64,000 bases of DNA. Source: Eledone cirrhosa. Taxonomy: Eukaryota. The stretch spans positions 314,216,001-314,280,000 of the forward strand of contig OZ024742.1 of NCBI GenBank assembly GCA_964016885.1, written 5' to 3'. Position 1 is the stretch's first letter. Each line of letters begins with the position of its first letter. Shown piece after piece: positions 54,308-64,000 of the stretch. The translations under genes were made by a program, and so were the position numbers. The notes below the pieces were generated by a model that searched no databases, had not been told where the DNA came from, and saw nothing but the letters and a program-made list of their open reading frames with translations.

Positions 54308-54352
54308 AATATTGAACTAGTTTCGTTGTTGTTACAACTCATCAGCAATATT
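54308..54352 (-). ncRNA. Minimal type I hammerhead ribozyme (F3)
   Basis: Reverse complement of 54632-54676. Confidence 0.82.
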
Positions 54353-54631
54353 TACCTATCTACCGGCCTTTCTGGAGAATCGTAAAAGCACATATCGTTA
54401 TATGCTTTTTCTATGAAAATTAGTAGTGGGCAGACTAATTTGCATAGAGTGTGAGTACGTACCGGTTCAACGGAGACGATAAAAACAAATAACGAAACGA
54501 AATTAAATTTCGTTTCGTTTCGTACGTACTCACACTCTATGCAAATTAGTCTGCCCACTACTAATTTTCATAGAAAAAGCATATGACGATATGTGCTTTT
54601 ACGATTCTCCAGAAAGGCCGGTAGATAGGTA

Positions 54632-54676
54632 AATATTGCTGATGAGTTGTAACAACAACGAAACTAGTTCAATATT
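54632..54676 (+). ncRNA. Minimal type I hammerhead ribozyme (F3)
   Basis: AAUAUUG-CUGAUGA-GUUGU-AACA-ACAAC-GAAA-CUAG-UU-CAAUAUU. Perfect 7-bp stem I, 5-bp stem II, palindromic stem III and a GUU triplet. Confidence 0.85.
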
Positions 54677-55097
54677 CCTTGTCTGGCTTTCTGGAGAATA
54701 GAGGAAAGGTGTTTCCTCAAAAACCAGTATGACTCTAAAAACCTGTTTGTCTGTGTGTTTACATACAGAATAGCTGGATACTCACAGTAAAGTAACCAGT
54801 GAAAGACTTGGTACATCTACATATGTATACGTGTGTGTATTCATATGCATACTAGTATTTCAGTATGCATATGTAGATGTACATTTTTAACTTAATTGTT
54901 TAAGCGTCAGTCATACAAAAGTGAGTTACAAACGAAACGAAATTTAATTTCGTTTCGTTATTTGTTTTTATCGTCTCCGTTGAACCGGTACGTACTCACA
55001 CTCTATACAAATTAGTCTGCCCACTACTAATTTTCATAGAAAAAGCATATACCGATATGTGCTTTTACGATTCTCCAGAAAGGCCGGTAGATAGGTA

Positions 55098-55142
55098 AAT
55101 ATTGCTGATGAGTTGTAACAACAACGAAACTAGTTCAATATT
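55098..55142 (+). ncRNA. Minimal type I hammerhead ribozyme (F3)
   Basis: Identical to 54632-54676. Confidence 0.85.
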
Positions 55143-55357
55143 CCTTGTCTGGCTTTCTGGAGAATAGAGGAAAGGTGTTTCCTCAAAAACCAGTATGACT
55201 CTAAAAACCGGTTTGTCTGTGTGTTTACATACAGAATAGCTGGATACTCACAGTAAAGTAACCAGTGAAAGACTTGGTACATCTACATATGTATACGTGT
55301 GTGTATTCATATGCATACTAGTATTTCAGTATGCATATGTAGATGTACATTTTTAAC

Positions 55358-55404
<47 letters not shown>

Positions 55405-55590
55405 TTTACATATATATATACATACACATACATATACGTGTTTTGATTTGGAGATTCCTTCATAGAAGCCTCATTCGTATAGCCTGGTCTATTCGATTTT
55501 TTATATAGTTAATTATGCTAATTGGGAGAGGAAATAGTATATATTTTATCTTGTGATTCTATAGACATGTTTTATGATATATATATATAT

Positions 55591-55722
55591 AGAAAAAGAG
55601 ATGAAATCGAAAATGCAACTGGAGTCTTATTTTTTTTAAAAATATATATATTTTTAAATAAATATATATATTTAAAAAAGAAATAAGACTCCAGTTGCAT
55701 TTTCGATTTCATCTCTTTTTCT
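55591..55722. repeat. Fold-back inverted repeat (~50 bp arms) around an AT tract
   Basis: agaaaaagagatgaaatcgaaaatgcaactggagtcttatt / aataagactccagttgcattttcgatttcatctctttttct. Confidence 0.85.
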
Positions 55723-55813
55723 TTATACTTTCACTCGTGTAGGACACCTCGGTTATTTTTCATTTTGTAAAAAAAACCTCACTTTCTAATATATATATAT
55801 ATATATATATACG

Positions 55814-55995
55814 TTATTCCGGGTTGAATCGGAGGTAACCACAGTAAGTAAGGTACTCAATACATAGCAGAGTATAACAGTTTTAATATAGATGAGATTC
55901 TACAGGACTAGAACTGTTTCATTCATTAGAAATCATCACTGATGATTTCTAATGAATGAAACAGTTCTAGTCCTGTAGAATCTCATCTATATTAA

Positions 55996-55999
<4 letters not shown>
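55814..55999. mobile_element. PLE-related terminal fragment with perfect 60-bp hairpin centred on a hammerhead core
   Basis: 55879-55938 is the reverse complement of 55940-55999. CTGATGAtttctaatgaatGAAAcagttctaGTC starts at 55939. Confidence 0.75.
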
Positions 56000-56060
<61 letters not shown>

Positions 56061-56574
56061 TATTAAAATAACAGATTAAAGTTTAAGCAAATAATCGCTG
56101 CTTTCACCATTAACGGGATCTTCTGATCGATATCGAAACAATTGTAATATGCAAATAAAGTTTGTACAACACTGACTTTGATTCTACTTAATCTATTTAA
56201 ACTCTGCGAACTACAACGGCGTTAACTCTGGAATGCAGCCCACACGAGGTGGATCTCGTAATAGCATCGAGTGCTTTGAAGGGCGCGCTGCATATGACTG
56301 TAATTATACTCCTAACAAACATATATATATATATGTAGGAAGTGTGAGGACCCCGGCGGCTGAGCTCCGGCCGTTTCGACAGCTAGACCCGAATTAAGAC
56401 ATCAGTATTAGAGCGGCGGAAATGTAGCCTAACTTATGAATGGGTGCAGTCCATATATGGGCAGGCAGTCAAAACAAAAAAAGCAGAAATATCAAAGCAA
56501 ATAATCCTAAAAAATTGTTGTTTCTCTTGTCTGCGTTATGGTCCACCTGGTATCTTACCACACCTTCTTTGTTA

Positions 56575-56622
<48 letters not shown>

Positions 56623-56640
56623 ACACAACGGAAAATACTG

Positions 56641-56711
<71 letters not shown>

Positions 56712-58064
56712 TAATGTGTACGTGCGGTGTGTGTGTGTGTGTCTGTGTGTGTATGTGTGTGAGTGCGTGTTTGTGTGGTGTGTGTATGTATGTGTGTGTG
56801 TGTGTTTGTGTTTGTGTGTGTGTGTGTGTATGCGTGTGTACGTTAGGGCTATATCCAATGTTCTGCCAACAGAAACCAGTGTTCTTTATGTAATTCATAA
56901 GTAATATATACTTGACACTGTGTTTAGTTCAAAATTCTGTAGTACACGGAAACACAAAGTCCAATGTCTTTATATAAACTCATATAAACTTAATTACACC
57001 TTAATCAGAAGGCTTATATATCATCCGAAAAATAGGTAAACGTTAAGACATGTTTCCTATTATTTCAAGCATTAATTTAATATATTTCTTCTTTGCACTG
57101 TGTCGTTTCTTTGTTTACCCCTTACACACATATATACACACAATTACACAAATATGATTTCAGATGTAAATTCTTGTTAATGACAATATTTAGTTTCCGT
57201 ACCCTTTAACATCGACAACAGTCATCGAGTATTACTTTGCTCATTGTTGTTGTCATTGTTGTTATTACTCCCATGTGAGAAACTATAACTATTATTGTTA
57301 TTACCATAATGAACAGAATAATTTCACAGAATGTTAAATATTTCAATATCCTTTGAGACTGTATACTGCATAATAAGTATTTCTGTTGTTATTAATTATT
57401 TGTTTTTCATATTTTACCGTCGCTGATTGATATTTCTAACGTGAAATAACATTATCTAACAAACTAACATGTGGAGCTTAATAAAGCCTTAAATATTAGA
57501 TTAATCTCCCTTGAGAAATAATTTTGTATAGTTCAGTTCAGTATATAGAAAGAAGCCAATAAAACGTTTTCCATATTTAGCAGTTATTGATATACGAGTG
57601 AAATTTGCGATGCTTTAATTGAATTAAGGAAAGCTGAAAAGTTCATTATATAAACCATTCACAATATTAACAATTAATGACAAAATATTGAAGCAAGTAA
57701 TAAAATAATTAATGTCTACAAAACACGTCGTAAATATCGCAGGAGGACACTGAACACGAAGAAAAGCACCGATAAATTACGAGTGCAAATGGATGTTTTG
57801 AAGGGTGATATATATATAGTTGATTAACAAAAACAGATTCATATCAAATTATATTATCTCCCTGTATATCGTCTGTCGATCGACTTTCGTCAAATCGGAC
57901 CGGGGAAACAATGCTTCCGCTGGTCTTTCAAATTGCTAATACTCTCTATGGGTCGCAACTCCAGATAGAAGTAGCTACGTGAAATAAAGTGTCTTGCTCA
58001 AAGACATAACACATCACCCGGTCCAGGAATCAGGAATCGAACTTCCATAATTATATATACTAGC

Positions 58065-59390
58065 ATCTGTAGTATTTCTATTTCTATGTTCTCTAATTTT
58101 CCCATATGTTCTATTTTAGCATGTTGGTGGAGTACAGGTGATTCTTTTCTATCTTGAAGCTCTCGCCAGTGTTCATTTATCCGTTCTCCTATACTACGAG
58201 CTGTAATATTGAGTTTATGTTTATCTAGGGCCCTTTTAAATTTGTAAGCTAATTCACCTCTAGGGGTTGTATTGATGAACATTACATTCTGGAATTTATT
58301 GCTATCATACCATGAGTTTATTCTATTAACCTTATTCCTAGTTCTTTCTATTCTATTCCAAAATTTGCTCCTATATAAGGGGCAGGTCCCATTTGTATCA
58401 TTATTTACCATTTTTTCCCATTTGGTTCCGGCTTCTCTATATACTCTGATTTTATCTCTCTGATTGTAACCAGAGAACTGCATACGGTGATGAAGTGTTG
58501 TATCCACCGAAACTCAGCTGTTTCGGACCACACCAAAATCAACATACTGATTGCGGATTTGGTACGGGTGATGAGAAACGTGTCCCGCATGTGAAACCCC
58601 AAAGAACTAGAGAGACACATACAACACTTCATCCACCGTATGCAGTTCTCTGGTTACAATCAGAGAGATAAAATCAGAGTATATAGAGGAGCCAGAACCA
58701 AATGGAAAAAAATGGTAAATAATGATACAAATGGGACCTGCCCCTTATATAGGAGCACATTTTGGAATAGAATAGAAAGAATTAGGAATAAGGTTAATAG
58801 AATAAACTCATAGTATGATAGCAATAAATACCAGAGTGTAATGTTCATCAATACAACCCCTAGAGGTGAATTAGCTTACAAATTTAGAAGGGCGCTAGAT
58901 AAACATAAACTCAATATTAAGATAGTACAAAGACCAGGTACTTCCATAAAAACATTTATTAGCAATACACACAGAAAAGACGCAATGTTTAGACAAATCA
59001 CAGAGGCAATAAACATAAATGAACTCCAACCAAAATTAAATAGAAAATATTAATGGAATAGCAACATCACAACTTACAATTAACGACAAAATGAAAACCC
59101 ACACACACATAGAACAAACAACCAACCAGTAACATATAAATAAACAAATAAATAAACAAATATAAACACACACAGACACCCGGATGTAACACATACGCAA
59201 ACTAAGCACACACAAAAACACAAAAACAAGTTGGCGTGGGACAGAACAAAGGAGAGGCACAAAAGCAAAGAAAAGAATCCCCAGTCACTGAAGAGGTCAC
59301 AGAATGTGTGACGAAAGAACTTTGACAATATATCAACAACCGTCCGGTTGTGGAACCAACCAACAAACCGGAAATTTATAAATTCTTAAA
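58065..59390. mobile_element. Rearranged Penelope-like element (RT C-terminal/linker + GIY-YIG pieces, inverted duplication, 3' hammerhead)
   Basis: RMQFSGY...MFINTTPRGELA occurs on both strands (58205-58500 minus, 58628-58918 plus). TARSIGERINEH...LHQH and RQITEAININELQPKLN are GIY-YIG motifs. Confidence 0.8.
59284..59326 (+). ncRNA. Minimal hammerhead in PLE 3' region
   Basis: gtca-CTGAAGA-g-gtcaca-gaatg-tgtgac-GAAA-gaac-TT-tgac. Confidence 0.65.
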
Positions 59391-59472
59391 TTTATAAATT
59401 GAATTTATAATAAATTGGAATGAAAGCAACTGGTGCGTGTGTATCTTATTGGCAACGTGACCCTCCCAAAGC

Positions 59473-59554
<82 letters not shown>

Positions 59555-59556
<2 letters not shown>

Positions 59557-59685
59557 AAATGGAAAAGAATGAAACGAAATTTCATTTCTCACACTTAGTA
59601 CGGCTGATACCTAAATATAAGTCTGTATACATCCATACATATATGTGTACAGACGTATAGTAGTATGTATATATATACATACATG

Positions 59686-59722
<37 letters not shown>

Positions 59723-59870
59723 GTATGGGTTTACCGAACATTTATTATAATGTTCGGTTTGTTTGTAAACAAACAGCCCGAATTACGCCGTACAGTGCTC
59801 GGCAACCATCGTTGCCCTTTTGTTCAACACTGACACAGGAACGATATACTAGTTTCAAGCTTATTAGTTC
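59555..59870 (-). mobile_element. F1/F2-family solo partial unit
   Basis: Homologous to 11729-12030. It starts after (TA)n at the same unit position and is truncated inside hammerhead stem II. Confidence 0.8.
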
Positions 59871-61305
59871 TATCCCTTGATAAGTTCAGCTAGATTCCCG
59901 CCGTTCTAATACTGCTGCCTTAGTATAGAGGCATATGGAGAATATGTAATCCACACTTCAGGGAGATTATAAAGTAGAGTTACGTTAGAATATATGACAA
60001 ATCTATTGTATTGAAACGGCTGGAGTGGGTCAATACACAAACCTAACGAGACAGTACAGGTACCGGAGAAAACTTGGGATCCTGAAAAGCAACAAGAATA
60101 ACCAACAATTTTATCCTCATCAATCTCTTTGAAACCAACGTTTTCATAATAGGAAAATACTCCGGCAACCGTAACATCGATGTAAATAAAACCGATTAGA
60201 GTAGAAAAACCCTTTTTCTTCCTTAAATCCTTCAGTGATTAAAACAAATAACATTATGCAAGTGAAGTGCCTGGCTGATCGATTGAACAGCTACAAATAT
60301 CAACTTAATTCTCCACAAACTACAACCTATTGACCGAAAAGAGGACACTTTATATAAGGTCGAGTACACTGTTAGCAATAACTTGAATGCCTAGGATTCT
60401 AGGTCGGGTTGATAAGAATAGACTTGGTGTTGAAATACACCAAATGATATAATAAGTTCTCATATACAAAACAAGTCATATATTATTTATATGGAAATAT
60501 AAATGCATCAAAAGCAACATATTTAGAGAAGACAGGAATAGGTGACAGGATATGTACCTGCGATAAATTGGATAGAGATATTAAGATTTCAGGAAAAAGA
60601 AAAAAAGCGATAAATATTTTAAGTTCTTCGTGACACTATGTATGATATACATTATAATATACGATTAAGCTGTGCATAATACATATTGAAATATCATCAT
60701 GTACTTGAAATCCTGACGTTTGTAATTGATTTTAATCTGTGAGGCAGTATCACCACAGGAAATGGTATTTATATATCTGAACTTTCCTAAAATCTAATGG
60801 CTACCGTGCATGGCTTAGATATCACTGAATGATAGACGAGGTTTTATTTATTACATTATTTGTAAAAGGAATTCTAGGTCCAGGAGGTGACGGCTGATTC
60901 TATTCCATACTATAGCAACTATTCCATGTTTCTTTTATCTACATTGTAATTTTATTGATTAAAGTACGCCATGCAGACATTTCTGATAAACACCAATCAT
61001 ATCAAACTTGGTAGCTTAGAATTGATTTTTAGTGCAATACAAATTAACATTAAACCACTGGCTAGAGCAATAAAATGCTGACATATAGTTTTTGAAAGTA
61101 AATATTCTCTATGGAACGTAAGAAAGGTAACAAATATATTGCCAGTGTAAATATCAAAATATTCTTTATTAAAAGGCATCGGGAGAGTTGCCAGTTAGAG
61201 AGTTGTACGTTAGAGTTATTGTTTTTCAAGGTCTTCAATTGAAAAGCCAGACATTTGTATATTTCAGAACCTATATGTTTTCTTCATTGAAATAATACAA
61301 GATTT

Positions 61306-61495
61306 AATTGTTTCTACTTTAGGCACAAGGCCAGCAATTACCCAGTGCATTACTGGTACTTTATTTTATCGACCCCGTAAGGATGAAAGGCAAAGTTAAC
61401 CTCGGCGGGATTTGAACTCAGACTGTAAAGGGACGTAACTATGCTAGAAAGCATGGCGTCCAACCCTCTACCGATACTGCCAATTCACCATCCTT
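61306..61495 (-). mobile_element. SINE, full length
   Basis: Family match, with TSD tacaagatttaat. Confidence 0.9.
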
Positions 61496-61824
61496 ATACA
61501 AGATTTAATAATGGGAAGAATGACTTTTATTGACAGGACCTTATTGTAAACTTTGAACGTTCCCATCTCCAATCTTAATAAATCATTTCTTTCCTAGCAT
61601 GTCATAACTGGTTAAATATTGCTTTTTCAACGCATCACATGATATTTATTTCACAATTGAATAATATCTCCATGCGTTTTTGCAGTGCAACAACCGTTAT
61701 TCATTGCTCTCCCACAATTTAATTTATATTAAATCGATGTCATATTTCTTCCGATTGAATGCGCACGTGTATGTTTGTTCTCTCATCACTCTTTACTTTC
61801 TATTTATCTTCTATTTGTAACACT

Positions 61825-61862
61825 GTCTTCTGATAAAGGACAAGTGTCCGAAAAGTTAAGAC
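61825..61862 (+). ncRNA. Decayed minimal hammerhead of a PLE terminal repeat
   Basis: gtctt-CTGATAA-a-ggaca-ag-tgtcc-GAAA-AG-TT-aagac. The downstream tail is shared with 57040-57120. Confidence 0.45.
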
Positions 61863-62056
61863 TCTCTTCCTGTTATTTCAAGCGTTAAGTTAATATATTT
61901 CTTCCATGTATTGTGTCGTTTATTTTGTTAGTTTGTTATCATTTTAACATAATACATACATGCATACATACATACATACATACATACATACATACATACA
62001 TACATACATACATACATACATACATACATACATACATACATACATACATACATGAT

Positions 62057-62226
62057 GATGGTTGCCCCCTCGTTATTGAGTATGGCCATTGCACGATATA
62101 GCATTATTAATACTTATTAATTAATTCTATCGTGCAATGCCTGTGCATGAAGATATTTTTTAAAGTGAGGAAAGACTGTGCACTGAGCCAATCCGACTCT
62201 CTGAGTGACCGGAACAATAACCCGAA
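62057..62226 (-). mobile_element. 3' part of the TATG-associated repeat
   Basis: Reverse complement match to 405-577, preceded by (CATA)n. Confidence 0.75.
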
Positions 62227-62494
62227 CATACATACATACACAAACACACACACACAATATATATATATTTATTTATTTATTTATAAAGGATGAAGAGCCC
62301 CCTCCAAGGCACAATCCTAGGCAGGCAAGGTTTTTAGTGGAAGTTCACGCTACAGAAGTTGTCTAAGGGAAAGGCAATGGCCGATATAGCTTGGCACCAG
62401 TGACGTCGCAATTCATTTCTACAGCTGAATACATTTCTATAGCTGAGTACATTTATATATATATATATATATATATATTAACACAAGGACGGAT

Positions 62495-62870
62495 GGTTAA
62501 GCCTTCATTACGTTTATTGGTTGCTCACGCGCGTTTCTTTATTGATCAGCTCAAGGTTCGATCTGTATCGATGTGGCCCGACTCTGGAATCCAAAGCACG
62601 TCGGACTTCTATTGTAGTAATGACAGAAAATGACAGAAAATTTTACTACAACAGAGGTCCGACGAGCTTTTGATTCCAGAGTCGGGCCAGATCGATGCAG
62701 ATCGAACCTTGAGCTGATCAATAGCGAAACGCGCGACGCCAACCAATAAATGTAATGAAGGCTTAACTATTCGTCGTTGTTTTATTATACTACACTGTCT
62801 AGCTCTACACCTCGATACTGACGTGAACCTAAACATCGAGTGCTCACCTAGTTGAACCTACAATAACTTC
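62495..62870. mobile_element. Family F5 fold-back element with degenerate long-stem-II hammerhead (62659-62737)
   Basis: Inverted arms at 62495-62619 / 62644-62768. CCGACGA-gcttttgat...atcaatagc-GAAAC-GCGC-GAC. Confidence 0.7.
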
Positions 62871-62885
62871 TCTTTACACTCTCTG

Positions 62886-62952
<67 letters not shown>

Positions 62953-63014
62953 ATATATATACATATATATATATGTATATATGTATATATGTATATATGT
63001 ATATATGTATATCG

Positions 63015-63417
63015 TGAAGGACCACTAGCTTTTGTCAGTGCATTATTCTAGATCCCGCCGAGGTTAACTTTGCCTTTCATCCTTACGGGGTCGATAAAAT
63101 AAAGTACCAGTAATGCACTGGCTAATTGCTGGCCTTGTGCCAAAAGTCGAAACAATTATTCTAGTAAAGTCAACTCAGATAAGTGGGATAACTCTGACAT
63201 AAAATCTGCGGCTCAGTAGTTACCGATAATGTTGATCTTTTCTTCTTTTCGGGTTATATTTACTGTCGCTCAGAGAGTGGGACTGGCTCAGTTCACAGTC
63301 TTTCCTCACTTTAAGAAGATCGTCACGCACAGGCATTGCACGATAGCATTAATCAATAATTATTAATAATGTTATATCATGCAATGGCCATACTCGATAA
63401 CTAGGGGGCAGCCATCA
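63015..63417 (+). mobile_element. TATG-associated repeat with nested truncated SINE (63051-63159)
   Basis: Matches 285-577 but is interrupted by a SINE flanked by duplicated attattctag. Confidence 0.8.
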
Positions 63418-63521
63418 TATACGTATGTATGTATGTACGTATGTATGTATGTATGTATGTATGTATGTATGTATGTATGTATGTATGTATGTATGTATGT
63501 TTGTATGTATGTGTGTATGTA

Positions 63522-63577
<56 letters not shown>

Positions 63578-64000
63578 GGTATTGAGTGTCCAAGATGCAA
63601 AGACCAGGACAACCACAACCAGAGTAGGACACGATGCGTGGTGGATATATTAGTAAGGTGTAGATTCGATCACGATCTCACACGGTTTCAGCTTGCAACC
63701 TCGGCAAGATTCTTCAATGTAGTGAAACTTCAACTTGTATAACAAATGAAATAATGATGCTTATTTCTAAAGGAACGTTTTGTAAATAATTATTCTATTT
63801 TAAAAATAATGAAATATTTCTCTCTACCTAATAATCTAACCCTAAAATTAATCACATATGATGTTCGAGCGTCTTTAGCAGACTCCACGCGTTTGTAACA
63901 TTCAAATCAGGTCCCTGTTTGAGGAGTCCTTCTCTTCCAGTGGTATCGGATAATCTTAAACGTGTCATGGAGGTGGCGACCAAAAAAATGAAATAAATAA

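Overview
AT-rich, microsatellite-dense animal non-coding DNA. The SINE families look like those I recall from octopus, but that is inference. No host protein-coding gene can be supported, and almost all ORFs in the track are microsatellite artefacts. Recognisable coding remnants are all retroelements: a disrupted GC-rich CRE-clade non-LTR element with a PHD finger (8.4-11.65 kb, minus), two R4/Dong-type RT+RLE LINEs in (TAA)n tracts (39.2-41.9 kb degraded; 42.9-46.9 kb nearly intact), an ancient CR1/Jockey-like relic, and three Penelope-like element (PLE) RT or GIY-YIG fragments. There are also about 20 copies of a tRNA-derived SINE, CORE-type SINEs, three MITE types and a 3.7 kb array of a 38-bp minisatellite. 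The main signal is a set of non-coding ~420-510 bp units (2.4-4.9, 11.7-12.7, 54.0-55.3 and 59.6-59.9 kb). Each complete unit carries a minimal type I hammerhead ribozyme, an upstream ATGCAAAT octamer block and a 3'-terminal stem-loop. At the first three loci the units sit as tandem arrays with an inverted portion, and every locus has its 3' end at a TA-rich tract. Several other hammerhead-bearing fold-back families are scattered through the window. Together these look like a retrozyme-like, PLE-mobilised system of self-cleaving RNAs.
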